NCBI RefSeq assembly: GCF_001194135.2
Contig: NC_069005.1
Location: 3,133,109-3,197,108 of the forward strand
Direction: 5' to 3'
Length of the DNA stretch: 64,000 nt
Source: Octopus bimaculoides
Taxonomy: Eukaryota
Shown: positions 1 through 13,478 of the stretch, one piece after another
Layout: the number at the start of each line of letters is the position of its first letter
Numbering within the stretch: position 1 is the first letter of the stretch
Made by a program: the position numbers and the translations under genes
The notes under the pieces: generated by a model
What the model was told of the DNA's origin: nothing
The model's input: only the letters and a program-made list of their open reading frames with translations
The model's database searches: none

Positions 1-13
1 ATATATATATATA

Positions 14-47
<34 letters not shown>

Positions 48-154
48 TGTATATATATATATACATGTATATATATGCATACATGTATATATATGTATAT
101 ATATACATGTATATATATGCATACATATATACATAAATACACATATACATGCGT

Positions 155-185
<31 letters not shown>

Positions 186-1034
186 ATGTACATACAAACA
201 CCAACATATATTTTATATGTGCATTAGTACCTATCTACCTATTATTGCATATACCTATCTCTTCATATGTGTATATATGTTTACTTGCTATAGTTTCTAT
301 ATGTGTACACCCGTGAATGTGCTTCCCTGTGTGTGTGTGTGTGTGTGTATGTGTGTATGTGTGTGTGGGTGAGTGTGTGTATGTGTGTGTGTGTGTGTGT
401 GTATTAGTATGTCAACATATGCGTATCAGTGTATGTGTTTATGATGTATTTATATAGGTGTGTGCCTGTACGATATACATTTATTGAATTATACCGTAAA
501 ATGCTATACACAATATACGAAAATATTTTACGTATATATATATATATATATTTATATGTGAGTGTGTGTGGCATACTGTTATGCCGCCCCTCCCAGTAAC
601 AGTCCACCGCCGCCAAAGCGTGAATGAATAATTCTTGCCTATGAAAGAATCTCTCGCAGATTCACAATACGTGAATCCGAATACAATGAAAAGGATCCAG
701 CGTTTTAGTTTTTTTCCAGCAGACTCCCTGTCTAGAGTTAAAGCATTCCCAGAGAGGACTACAATATAATGCACTACTAAGCTTAGGGTTTATTTTCTTC
801 CTACTTCCCCTTCTCACTCTCTCTCTCTCTCTGAAGTGGATTTTTGTATTTCGGAATTCAGTATATAGAATGCAATTACATAGATTGCAATAGAGTGACA
901 TGCCGTGTCTTGCAATTTGAAGGACAGGAGGAGTATTTGAAAGAATTTCCTCAACGCTGGCATTTTCGTTGCAGGAATAAATCGAGCATGCTCTGATGTG
1001 CATAGATGATAGTTCTCCAACCTCTCTGTGTGTG

Positions 1035-1081
<47 letters not shown>

Positions 1082-1275
1082 NNNNNNNNNNNNNNNNNNN
1101 NNNNNNNNNNNNNNNNNNNNNNNNNNNNNNNNNNNNNNNNNNNNNNNNNNNNNNNNNNNNNNNNNNNNNNNNNNNNNNNNNNNNNNNNNNNNNNNNNNNN
1201 NNNNNNNNNNNNNNNNNNNNNNNNNNNNNNNNNNNNNNNNNNNNNNNNNNNNNNNNNNNNNNNNNNNNNNNNNNN

Positions 1276-1308
<33 letters not shown>

Positions 1309-1439
1309 CAGCATTTTCAAATTTATAATCTAGAATACCATGCTGAAGATGAAGAAGGAAATGAATTTTATACCATTCTAATCCCGAAACGCCTACACGA
1401 TTAACTAAGTCTGGTTGGTCCTCAGGGCCACATCTAGGA

Positions 1440-2390
1440 AAACAACCACTTGTTTTTTTCATTACTGGTGACTTCAACTACCCTGAAATTCATTGGGAAA
1501 CTTTTCGTTGGTCGCAAAGTGCAGACAATTTCCTTGATGTAAAGATTATTTGCCAACATAACATGGCAGTCCTGGTTCAGGATGAATGTTGCTGTAATTT
1601 ATCCCCAGAAAACCTCATCTCCAGCTGGCTATACGACACGATCTCTGTCCTTATATTTTCGAAACCAGGACTGCCATGTTATGTTGGCAAACGTTCTTTA
1701 CTCCAACGTACTGTTGCTGACTATCTTTCGTTGTGAGATTTACAAATAGTAATTTTCTACTGTCCTTGATGTTTTGTTGGATGCAAACTGGTCCCAAGCA
1801 GTCATTTCCCCCACAAGACGTAACTACATATTCCACCTGCTCTTTACCACCATTGCTGAAACTGTTATCAGTGCTACGACGAAGGAACCTCTAGGCGACT
1901 CCAATCATGCTGTGATCATTGCCGATCTATCTCTTAGAGGGAGAAACAAGAAACACCACCACCTCCAAACCAATCGCTTTGACTAGAACAAAGCAAACTG
2001 GAATTGGTGTCTGTGATGAGATGCAAAGCCCAAATTTGTTTGAATTTCACGATTCCGGAGCGTCGACACTGTATTTCAAAACACCTTCAGTGCAATTTCG
2101 GCTGCATGTGAAGCATCGGTACTGCACAAGCACTCCAAAAAATCACTAATTTGCAATTTGGGAGACCGTAGCAGTACACCTTGCTAGGAAAGATGGTGGT
2201 GATGCTGAAGAGAAAAATAAACAGCATAAATCAGATGAGAATAGCAGTCGCAATAGATCATCCAACCACCCCAAGCAAGTGACAAAAAAACAAAACAAAA
2301 AAAAACCTTGAAACTGAAGAATGTATAAGAACCAGCCCTAACAGCAGTGTTCTGAAAATATATCTGCAACATTCGTCTCGAAAAATCGTC
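1440..2390 (+). mobile_element. Degenerate LINE ORF2 fragment (APE-type endonuclease plus linker), CR1/L2-like, interrupted by a younger insertion
   Basis: Removing 1541-1772 (insert plus one TSD copy) joins 1461-1540 to 1773 onward in frame: ITGDFNYPEIHWETFRWSQSADNFLDV-LLDANWSQAVISPTRRNYIFHLLFTTIAETVISATTKEPLGDSNHAVII. These match the GDFNxPxIxW, PTRxxxxLDL and LGxSDH motifs of LINE APE endonucleases. Downstream D*NKANW and VF*KYI resemble decayed linker motifs, with many stops. Confidence 0.8.
1541..1762. mobile_element. 222-bp unclassified insertion with 10-bp target-site duplication and an internal 29-bp perfect inverted repeat
   Basis: TCCTTGATGT occurs at 1531-1540 and 1763-1772. IR arms are TTTGCCAACATAACATGGCAGTCCTGGTT (1549-1577) and its exact reverse complement (1663-1691). 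Excision restores the LINE reading frame. Confidence 0.7.
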
Positions 2391-3563
2391 TGTCAAGTTC
2401 TGAAACTTAGAAATTTTCAATATTATATATCTTTTAAATATGATATATAGGTTGCTGATTGGAACTAAAGCTGTTTCCGTAGCAAATAAAGATCATATAT
2501 ATATATAACCAAATATCCTTTTATGTATGTGTGTGTTAAGTGTGTGTATACCTAAGTGTGTGTGCGTGCTTGTGTTTGTGTGTGTGTTTGTTTGTTTGTT
2601 TGTTTGTTTGAATGGTGTAATGTTTTCAATCTCGTGGGTGATATTTTCTAGCCACAGATAGACTTATTTCCAATATTTCAAATACCTAATAGTAATGCGC
2701 CAAGCACATCTATGTGATTAAATATCTGAAGATGAATACAATAGTGAAAGATTATAATACGTTGTCTATCGGGGGAATAGTAAATTAAGTTAAATCAAGG
2801 AGAAGTAAAGACAAAATATATTTGTAGAAGCAGCAATAAAAAAAAAAACCAACAACTTTACTTCCCTTTAACGCTTTCACAGAAGGAATGGTAATAATAC
2901 GTTTAATGTGTAGATAGTATTGTGTCATCGAATATCACCGACAATTTCCTCTTCTCGTTGATGTTGGAGGTATTGATTCGTACTAGCTTCACCCTGATTT
3001 AGCTGACTGTCCACACCCATTCCATCTATGTCTAAAAGTTCTATCTCTTGTGTTTCTCTACCCTAAAGCAGTAACTCCAACGCACCTAATCTACCCGAAT
3101 CCACCGCCAAGGAAAAAGTAATTTATTTTATCAGCCCTGAAAGGATTAAAGCCTAGAATTGAAGTCAAACTGAAGGAATAAATATTGCCAAATATTTGAT
3201 TATAGGCTGTTACAATTCTGATACTTCGTCAACTTATATTCAGAGTAGAAGTAATTCTGGTTTTAATATCGTTCTTCGCATTTTCTCGACTGATGTTATG
3301 TCCACCCAATCGCGAAATTGGAGGGGATTCTCTATCCAGGTACTATAATATTCCACATAAAACTATGTTTCCTGGAGTCTATGTTGTTTTATTATTTTCA
3401 GTTTTTCTCACATTGAACAATCTTCATGCTTCGGTAAAGTTTCCAAACGCCTTAATACATTTTATCGACCGCAGTCCTGACTTTTTCACGTACTTAGTTA
3501 TATCGCCCTGTACTCAGCGGCCGCTACACGCCGATGCTCCAACATAATTATATCTCGCTCTCG

Positions 3564-3611
<48 letters not shown>

Positions 3612-4875
3612 GTCTCGTTCGTAATCCATGTATCGATGTGTAATATAAACACATACCCCCTCACCACCACCAGCACACACACACATGCACATACAACATC
3701 TAGAATATCCACAGGTGGTAATTGACGTAGAGAGACGTTTCGAAAAAGCCCTATTTGCGACGAAGTTTAAGTAGCATTCGCGATGTTTTACGACATACAC
3801 GCGCGACCGCACACGCACATCATATATATATATCACATATATACAATGCAAAAAACGTCAACACAACGACGAGGGTCAAGAAGTGGGAAAAGAAAAAAAA
3901 GGAAATCTTTTTTCCTCTTCGAGTATTCACTCTTCTTCTGAAAGAAATGGAAGAAAACAAACTATAAGAGGAAGAAAAGTGAAGAAATAGAAATGCACGT
4001 GTATCCAAGCAACACGTCCCGCGACGGCCTTTTTCTCAGTATGCTAGGATCTGTGTTCGAAATTTTCTCAGGCGACTTCGTTAGAGTAGAAAAAAAAAAA
4101 AACAGTATATAAAATTTAAAAAAATTATACAGCATTGTAGTTCGCTTGAAGCATTGTGTGTTCTTTGTAAATAATAAAATCTTTTGAATGACACAAGAAT
4201 GCACTATAATTCGAACAATGGACTATAATAACTATTTAAATTTAATCATCAAAACCAAAAAAAAAAAAAAAATATCCACGTGCAAAATTTGCAGTGCGAT
4301 GGGGGATCGAAACCTGTACTATTTGGTTATAATTCAGGTACTGAAGATTTTCATCGCACAACCAACTTTAACGTATTTTGGAAACTTTGTTTGAATACTG
4401 AGTGGGAGATCTGTAATTTTTCCCAGAAGTAATGATGCTACATTAGAAACACTAATAGTTGTAGAATCCATCACATGTTGGTTTTGGTATCATTAAAATC
4501 CTTACATTCCGCTCTTTACTCATTTATATGTTTATAAAAGGCTTTTTGGCAGGAGGTTTTCAGGTATCCGTTTACTTTAGAGAATCTGTTTTTCTTTCGA
4601 TTGTTTGTCGAAATTTTACAATCTTTTACCGTAAAAATAATAAAATCGTTCTTTAGTGCCGAAGATTTTTTGTTAATGTCCGATTTTACACTGATACGTT
4701 TGACATTGTGATGAAGTAGCAATAAATATTTAAAACAAAGCGTAAAGTTAAAAAGAAACTGAAACAAACAAACCGGAAGACAATTAATATTTGTAGTAAA
4801 TTATTTAGCGGATGAGATAATAATCGAAATAGTTTGTTAAAACTGAAGAGAAATTACAATAAGTAATAAATGAAA

Positions 4876-5490
4876 TAATCTCTTCAAATTTCGGCACAAG
4901 GCCAGTGATTTCGGAGGAGGGGTATATCGATGAGATTGATCCAAGTGCCAGCTGGTACTTATTTTATCGACCCTGAAAAGATGAAAGGTAAAATCGACCT
5001 AGGCGGAATCTGAACCGAAATGCCGCTAATCATTTAATCCAGCGGCCTAATGTTCCTGCCAGATGCCGCTTTAATAATCTGTTCTTCTAAAGACACAAAG
5101 GCTGAAATTTAGGGGGAGAACTTAGTCGATTATATCAACCTCAGGACTCAACTGCTACTTATTTCATCGACGCCGAAGAGACGAAAGGCAAAGCTGACCT
5201 CGGTGGAATTTGAAATTAGAAGGTAAAGACGAACGAAATACTGCTAACCAATTAGTCCGGCGTGCTAACGATTCTGCCAGATACCGCTTTAACAATCCTT
5301 TTTAATTATTTTTTCTCTTACAGGTACAAGGCCGGAAATTTGGTTCTGGCTGAAATTTGGTAGTCGATTACATCGACCCCAGTACTTAACTCTTATTTAT
5401 TTTATCGACCCCGTTTGCCGTTATAATAATCCTTTCTTCTAATGCCAAATGAGCCAGGGAACCAATCGATTATATTGACCTCGGGGGAAA
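4876..5490 (-). mobile_element. Head-to-tail cluster of about 4 SINE family B copies (partial to near-complete)
   Basis: Repeated GGCACAAGGCC...GTCGATTACATCGACCCC...TTATTTTATCGACCC...GAAAGG...GTCGACC...GGAAT(C/T)TGAA blocks start near 4876, 5070, 5290 and 5421, each beginning with an AATAATC tail remnant. Confidence 0.85.
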
Positions 5491-5753
5491 TAAGCATCTC
5501 CACCCAGCGAATCCTTGAAAACTTCAGGACGAATCTTGATGACGTACTTCAGGACACAGGACGCTTGTGTCGCGTAGCCAACTAGAAACGGTGTATCCTG
5601 GGGCTAAATAACAGTAACATTCTTCCCGATCCTGGGACTGCCACATTAAGTTGGCAACAAGCCATAACTTTATAGTATTGTTACTGCATACCTCTCTCTG
5701 GGAGATTTAGAAATGTAATATTTCTATTAATACACACACATATATATACACGC

Positions 5754-5792
<39 letters not shown>

Positions 5793-6612
5793 GTATCTAG
5801 TGACAAAGATAGACAGACAGACAGATAGATAGATATATAGACAGACAGACAGTCAAAGAGATGGATGGATACTTCGATAGCTACATACATATGCATGCAC
5901 ACAAACACACACACATACATGCACACACACATATATATATACTCATACATATGTGTGTGTATGTATATATGAGTGTCTGCTGTAGATTTGTATTTCATTG
6001 TCTAATGCCTGAATAAGGTGCTGTGTTATTCCAGATGCGAAATATTCATTGAATATCTGAGACTAACACATCCCCCAACATCCATCGCAGCTATTATCGC
6101 CAACGTCAACTCCAACACTTTTCAATTAACCAATCGATATATTGGTGACCCTGTCGGTATTATGAAGTTGGAAATTTCAAGGGCAACCTTACTGAAATGT
6201 CAAGGTCAATCAATTGAAATGAAGCCGTTTCCAAACTGTTATTACAAAGAATTACATTCATGAAAGGCAAAAAAGACGATGGTAAAAAGGAAAAACAAAA
6301 AAATCAAAAATAATAATAACGGTGATAATTATGATGATGATGGTGGAGGAGGTCGTCGTCATCGTAATAGTAGTCACGGTGATGATGGTTCTTAAAGAAT
6401 AAACAAGATTGAAATCTTTACTGTTTGAAAGGTTAAGACTTTTAACGTCGTTTGTATTCGAAGAATGAAATCATATTCTTTGTTATTGATTATAATAAAA
6501 ATACATACATACGCATACCTCGTTCACGATATATACCATACGTATATAGACATATATGTATATGAATGTGAATGTGCGTATATATAGAAATATATACATA
6601 ATTGTGTATATA

Positions 6613-6655
<43 letters not shown>

Positions 6656-7344
6656 GTATGGAAGTGTGTATATATATAGATATGTATACATACACACACA
6701 CATATTTATACATATGTATTATGTATTTTTGCGTTACGCTAAGAAGCGATGCAACAATTTACCATTGACTTGAAGTATTACTATCTTTTTTCATCGAGTT
6801 AGTGACAGCAGTTCTTCAGTTTCGCCCTGCTAGCCTTCCTCAGAATATGCAAATATACATAAAGACCGAGAGAGACAGAGAGAGACAGACAGAGACAGAG
6901 AGACAGAGAGACAGAGTTACATATATGCATGTATATGTTTGTATATATATATATATACATATGTACAAACGTAGTGGTGGCTAGAAGATAAAGGGTCATA
7001 CCCTTTAGCAGCGAGCAACTGAGGTAGGTTAGATTTCCTTCTGTATTATTTTGGAATTCAATACACTCTAGATTAAAGGGATGAGTGGAAAGTAACTCCA
7101 GTGCAAAAGTGGGAAGTGTTAAAGACATAAATATTATTTTCTTATGAAACATTGCGTGTGTTGCGGTTTAGGTTCTTAGGGGATCGTCGATTTATATTAG
7201 AACGTAAGAAATATAGTGGATGGTTTTGGGGACACATGGGAAATGACAGGCTATGACTCTGGGTCAGAGATTGGAAGTGTAGAGAGCGTATAATGCTAAA
7301 ATGGTGAAATACAGAAGAAATTTGCACAACGGAGGAGAGAGAGA

Positions 7345-7434
<90 letters not shown>

Positions 7435-7542
7435 GAGATTAGTCAGAATACATTATTATACAGTATTCATACGGGAAAATCTCTATAGAAAATATTTGGA
7501 ACGTGAGTAGCATATACATATCTAACATATATTTTGTTCTAA

Positions 7543-7954
7543 TACTTGTATCGGTCATTAGACTCCGGCCATGGTAGGAGACTTCCTTGAACAATTTCAC
7601 TCGACCAAATCAACCCTCAGTACTTATTATTTTCAAAGCCTTATGCTAATCCTACCGAACCGCTAAGTTACGCGGACGTAAGCAGGCCATCTTCGGCCGT
7701 CAAGCGGTGATGGAGGACAACACACGGACAGAAAGACACATACATACATATATGCATACATACATACATACAAACATACATACGTACGTGCATACATACA
7801 TACATACATACATACATACATACACATAGATGTGTGTGACGGTCTTCTTTCCGTTTCCGTCTACCAAATCCACTCAGAAAACTTTAGTCGGCTCGAGATT
7901 ATCGTTGGAGGCTATAAGGTGCTGCGCGAAGGGACTGAACCCGGAAACATGTGT
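7543..7954 (-). mobile_element. SINE family A copy with internal (CATA)n/(CA)n microsatellite
   Basis: Tail block GTCATTAGACT.CGGCCATG, then CCGAACCGCTAAGTTAC, microsatellite, then TTTCCGTCTACCAAATCCACTC...GGGACTGAACCCGGAA (antisense B-box region). Confidence 0.85.
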
Positions 7955-9137
7955 TATGCCAATTGTTCGCTGTAAATAATGAGATGCTCCATATTGGCTT
8001 CATTGTAACCCTCCTTGATGTGGTTTCATTCCTATTTATGCTTAAACACATCTTTTCTCTGTAGATCTGACTCTATGTGGACAATATTATATTTTAAAGA
8101 AACACAGTAATGTGGCTGTTTGCATCGCATAGTCTCTCGGAGATAAGAGATTCAGGTCAGTATTTCACCTTGTCAAAGAAGTTGTACTCTTCCTGAATGA
8201 CTCGTAATCGAACCGTATTTATTTATCCTGAAATAAATCCCTCAAGAGAGAGAGAGACTGAAATGTTGTCGACATTAATAATCATTCATATCATGGGTTG
8301 TTTCGTTTGTTGAATTCGAATGAACCAAGATGTTTTCACACTTCTAGCAAAGTTATTGCCGCGTGCAAATATTTATATCTCATAAAAATGTTTTACGATG
8401 AAGATAAATAGATTTAAAGGATGAATTATGCAAATACGGTTCCATAATGCCTGTTTATAATATACAGGGCCCTCAAAAAGTTTGCCTCCTTGAAGCAGAA
8501 AACTTCGTTCAGAGCACCGATGAATCACGAAACGATGTTTCGATTTGTTTTGCTTGCTTCATTGAAGAACACACTGGCAATACCGTTTCCTTCAGGCTTT
8601 ATATATTTATTATTCTTTTTTAGTATAAGTATTAATTTATTTTCTTTGTACATGTATTATTCTCGTCGATATTTTACCCTACGTCTGTTTCTAATATGTG
8701 TATATCAATTCAATTCTAGTCAAGTTAGATTCTCACTGCACTGCGCAAGTTTCGTTTACCGCTGTCCATATTAGAACAAACATTTTCGGCTTCGGTCAGG
8801 AAGTCTTGGTTGTTCGTCACTGAGGAGACCAAATCAGATCGACACGCCGTCTCATTCTATCCAACTGTGTACAGCAAAGCGCTGTTTTTAACTCAAAAAT
8901 GTCATTCAGAGTTTTCTCTGAGATAGTATGTGACAACTGTTACCTTTCTGCGTCTCTCTATATATTATATTAACTTTATTAAAACCGGTATTTAAAACTA
9001 ATGCCACTTAGTATCAAGCCTGGATAACTTTAGCACAATTCAGTAAATATTTTGTTTTCCGCTTTCTATATACATATGTGAACAAGCATTTTCAGCTTGA
9101 ATCAGAATGTGCAGCATATTCGCCATTAGGGAGATAT

Positions 9138-9285
9138 AATAAAGTCGAAATAAGACGTTTGGTGATACACCGACGTTCAGGAAGAAGTCCTACACGAAAT
9201 TTCATTCACGATGCCATCCGACCGTTTGCGGACGCATAACCACTTCTAAAAAGTGCTGCAGAGTGGTTTTGAAATTGCAACCACG
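9138..9285 (+). mobile_element. Possible decayed mariner transposase N-terminal (HTH) remnant
   Basis: Translation NKVEIRRLVIHRRSGRSPTRNFIHDAIRPFADA*PLLKSAAEWF*NC loosely follows the mariner N-terminal pattern (E.R..I......G.SPT...D.AP....WF). No TIR was found. Confidence 0.3.
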
Positions 9286-9443
9286 TCATAACGCAGTGAA
9301 CCTATAAAATATTCAGCTATGTTTGCACAGACAGACATACATGTACATGGATACACACACATAGGGGAATACATACATAGTAAAATACACAGCAACTTAT
9401 ATACAATCATGTACAGGCACACGCCCGCAATTACGTATGTATC

Positions 9444-9475
<32 letters not shown>

Positions 9476-11020
9476 GAGAGAGAGAGAAATAGAAGGAGAA
9501 AGAGAGAGATACATGTATAAAAACATATGTGCAATGATACATAGTTATAAAGTTATCAGATGTTTTCAGGGCGATAGAGAACCAAGTAAAAACGTGTAAA
9601 ATGTAGAGATAAATTCGCTTGGTTTTAACATAAAATTCGACAGTGACGGTCAAGAAACACTCTCAGCGTTTATATTAGCAAACGGTGCGCAAGAAACGAA
9701 TAAACAAGAATGAGAACGAGGCTGGTAGATATGAAAATGACATTTACACAACGCAAGACATAGAGAGAAAAAATATGTCACACCCTCGAGAGCGTATACG
9801 TGTGGGTATGTATGTACGTGTGTATGTATGTTAGTATGCATGTATATATACATACATACATACATATATATATATATNNNNNNNNNNNNNNNNNNNNNNN
9901 NNNNNNNNNNNNNNNNNNNNNNNNNNNNNNNNNNNNNNNNNNNNNNNNNNNNNNNNNNNNNNNNNNNNNNNNNNNNNNNNNNNNNNNNNNNNNNNNNNNN
10001 NNNNNNNNNNNNNNNNNNNNNNNNNNNNNNNNNNNNNNNNNNNNNNNNNNNNNNNNNNNNNNNNNNNNNNNNNNNNNNNNNNNNNNNNNNNNNNNNNNNN
10101 NNNNNNNNNNNNNNNNNNNNNNNNNNNNNNNNNNNNNNNNNNNNNNNNNNNNNNNNNNNNNNNNNNNNNNNNNNNNNNNNNNNNNNNNNNNNNNNNNNNN
10201 NNNNNNNNNNNNNNNNNNNNNNNNNNNNNNNNNNNNNNNNNNNNNNNNNNNNNNNNNNNNNNNNNNNNNNNNNNNNNNNNNNNNNNNNNNNNNNNNNNNN
10301 NNNNNNNNNNNNNNNNATATATATATATATATATATATATACATAGTTGTATGTGTAAGTATGTTAATTTATTAGTCACTCCATATATGATAAATGTTAA
10401 AACGAAAGCCAATATGATTTTACGATGAACATAATTTCTATCAAATCGAACGTATACGACATAAAACAGAGTATTTTAATGTTGACAAGTTGGAAAATGT
10501 GATCTACTGAATAAACGTCACTGGAAAAAGCGTGTGATGTATGTATTCTTGGATAGGATTCATTGTGGCTACTTTCGTTATCTTTCCTCGGTAAAATATG
10601 TCTGAAGTTATGTCTTCCATGTATTTCTGCTGTATAGTTTTCTGCGCAGCTGTTGTCTAGTTGTAGTCTAAACCTGTCGAAGCATATTGTAATCAGTTAA
10701 GTTGCGAGTTCGATCCAGCTGTGCGGTACTTAGGCTAATTTTTAAAAAAATATTTTTTCTAATATTGCTGCAAGAGGCAAAATTCATAAAGCACTTTTCT
10801 CTCTCTCTCTCTCTCTTTCTCTCTGGTATTCTTTCTCCCTGTTTCAATCTCACTTTTGGCTTAACAACTGGGTGTTGTTTGTCGGTCACAAAACAGTGAC
10901 TAACAACCTGTGTTGTTTGTCAGTCACTGGTTTGTGGAACGAAGAGGGACACAAAAGTGCGCGCGCACACAGAGACGTGCACACATACTCCTCCGCGCCA
11001 TACACACATAAATACATACT

Positions 11021-11200
11021 CTTTTACTCTTTTAGTTGTTTCAGTCATTTGACTGCGGCCATGCTGGAGCACCGCCTTTAGTCGAGCAAATCGACCGGAG
11101 GACTTTCTCTTTGTAAGCCTAGTACTTATTATATCGTTCTCTTTTGCCGAACCGCTAGTTTGCGGAGATGTAAAGACACTACAATAGGTTGTCAAGCGTC
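11021..11200 (-). mobile_element. SINE family A, 3' half, running into (TA)n and a gap
   Basis: TTCAGTCATTTGACTGCGGCCATGCTGGAGCACCGCCTTTAGTCGAGCAAATCGACC...CTTTTGCCGAACCGCTAG. Confidence 0.9.
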
Positions 11201-11543
11201 GTCTTTTGTTTTGTTTTTTTTCGTAAATTTCAAGTATATATANNNNNNNNNNNNNNNNNNNNNNNNNNNNNNNNNNNNNNNNNNNNNNNNNNNNNNNNNN
11301 NNNNNNNNNNNNNNNNNNNNNNNNNNNNNNNNNNNNNNNNNNNNNNNNNNNNNNNNNNNNNNNNNNNNNNNNNNNNNNNNNNNNNNNNNNNNNNNNNNNN
11401 NNNNNNNNNNNNNNNNNNNNNNNNNNNNNNNNNNNNNNNNNNNNNNNNNNNNNNNNNNNNNNNNNNNNNNNNNNNNNNNNNNNNNNNNNNNNNNNNNNNN
11501 NNNNNNNNNNNNNNNNNNNNNNNNNNNNNNNNNNNNNNNNNNN

Positions 11544-11584
<41 letters not shown>

Positions 11585-11629
11585 ATATATATTCGCTCCC
11601 GAAAGGGTCGCTAGTCTATAGCAAGATTG

Positions 11630-11762
11630 TTCAATTTTGCCATTGGCTGGAGGAACGTAAACTGAAGTGCTTCGCTTAAGAACACAATGCATGGCCCGTC
11701 CAGGAATCGAAACCGCAATCTTTCGATTATGAGTACTAACACTTAAACCACACACCTCCATT
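11630..11762 (-). mobile_element. SINE family C, 5' tRNA-like head
   Basis: Reverse complement reads TGGAGGTGTGTGGTTTAAGTG...GCGGTTTCGATTCCTGGACGGG...TTGTGTTCTTAAGCGAAGCAC, with A-box and B-box-like motifs. Confidence 0.7.
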
Positions 11763-12404
11763 ATACACTAAACACACAAATCTGCTCGTATTTCACAGAG
11801 TTACAGTTTAACTATGCAGAACTTTCTTCTATATATTTTAGTTGATTAGATTAACGTAAAACTGTATTAATCAATGGAATATTTCTAGTGTTCTAGTCGT
11901 TTAAATATATTTACTAAACTAACTTCTTAATGATTTTCTGCAATTAATTTCTGTTATATTTTCATATGCAATCATCCAGAGGCGCTTCGTTCATTAACGA
12001 AGAACCTTATAAATGTCGTTTTATCTTCAACCAACATTCGTCATTAATAATTATATATTGCATATCTTAAACTTACTAATTTGTAGTTACACTTTAACTT
12101 TGCCTAATCTGAATGGCTATGTAATTGTCTGAACGTGTGTGTATATGTGTATATATATATTTGTAAATGTGCGTGTGTATACGAGTAAGTGGATATTTAT
12201 GTAGACGCAGACATGGTTCTGCAATCGCAGTTTTGTCTGTTTTGTTAAGAAGCTTCCTTGGCAACTATGTGGTCTTGAGTTCAAGCACATCTGCATGCAG
12301 GTACTCCTTTACAGCTGCTTCATGAATAGGTTGATCAATTCGTGCAGATCTCCCTATGAAATTAAGCGACATCATACCTGTTGAATGCATTTTATTATTT
12401 TATT

Positions 12405-12663
12405 CTTCTATCTGTTTTAGTCATTTGACTGCGACCCTAGGACTTATTCTTTGTAATCCTAGTACTTATCCTATCGGTCTCTTTTGCCGAACCGCTAGTC
12501 TATGGGGATTTTGAGTGCCGCCATGCTGGAGCACCGCCTTTAGTCAAGCAAATCGATACCAGTGCTTATTCTATCGGTTACTATTTTGCCGAACCGTTAA
12601 GTTACAGAGATGTAAACACATCAGCATCGGTTGACAAGCGATGTTGGGGGTGGAACAAACACG

Positions 12664-12721
<58 letters not shown>

Positions 12722-12790
12722 CACATACACACATATATACAACAGGATTCTTTTAGCTTCTGTGTATTAAATCCACTCACAAGTATTTGG
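12405..12790 (-). mobile_element. SINE family A, two overlapping or rearranged partial copies
   Basis: The block AGT(A/G)CTTAT(C/T)CTATCGGT...TTTTGCCGAACCG occurs twice (about 12460 and 12560). The GCCATGCTGGAGCACCGCCTTTAGTC block lies between them, out of consensus order. Confidence 0.8.
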
Positions 12791-12849
12791 GTAACAATTT
12801 CACATATTCATATGGTATTACTTAAAATGACACTTAAGAATTATGAATT

Positions 12850-12915
12850 CGAAGGCGGTCTAGGAATCGAAACCGCGAGTCCGGTGCCCTGACCACTGGG
12901 CCATTGCGCCTTCAC
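12850..12915 (-). mobile_element. SINE family C, short 5' head
   Basis: Reverse complement TGAAGGCGCAATGGCCCAGTGGTCAGGGCACCGGACTCGCGGTTTCGATTCCTAGACCG matches the head of the copy at 44307. Confidence 0.75.
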
Positions 12916-13171
12916 ACGTATTTACGTATATATACTTATATACATATGTATAAACATATAAATATAAATGTATATTTTACACACATATTTCTATAGTACA
13001 ATATATACATCAAATTGCTAGACAATTAGACAGTATTACATGCAAACATGCACACATGTGTACATATATAAAGGACAAAAATATATAGGAAGAGAGAAAG
13101 AGAGAGAGAGACGAGGTGAGAGCGAGAGAAGGTGAGAGAGAGAGAAGGTGAGAGAGAGAGAGGGAGAGAGA

Positions 13172-13211
<40 letters not shown>

Positions 13212-13419
13212 AAGAAAGAGACTTGTATTGGTATAAAGAGTTATTTCAAATATCAAAAACATAAAAATAGCTAAATGTTTCTTTTTGGCCTAAATATCTT
13301 TCTTTTTTCTTTTTTTTTCTATAAAATTAACGGATATCCGATTGCATAGCAAAGATATTCTTGACACATCCGCGACCTGGTGACTGAAATCCCATTTCTC
13401 ACTAATTGTGCGTATGAAG

Positions 13420-13478
<59 letters not shown>

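Noticed and set aside
7201-7293. Possible terminal exon NVRNIVDGFGDTWEMTGYDSGSEIGSVESV*
   Set aside because: Weak acceptor, short length and no recognised homology; expected by chance.
8065-8155. Good acceptor (TCTTTTCTCTGTAG) and donor (CAG|GTCAGT) enclosing 91 nt
   Set aside because: All three frames contain stops. It could only be a non-coding exon, and nothing else supports that.
8462-8490. TACAGGGCCCTCAAAAAGTTTG, resembling a Tc1/mariner TIR start
   Set aside because: I found no partner inverted repeat nearby.
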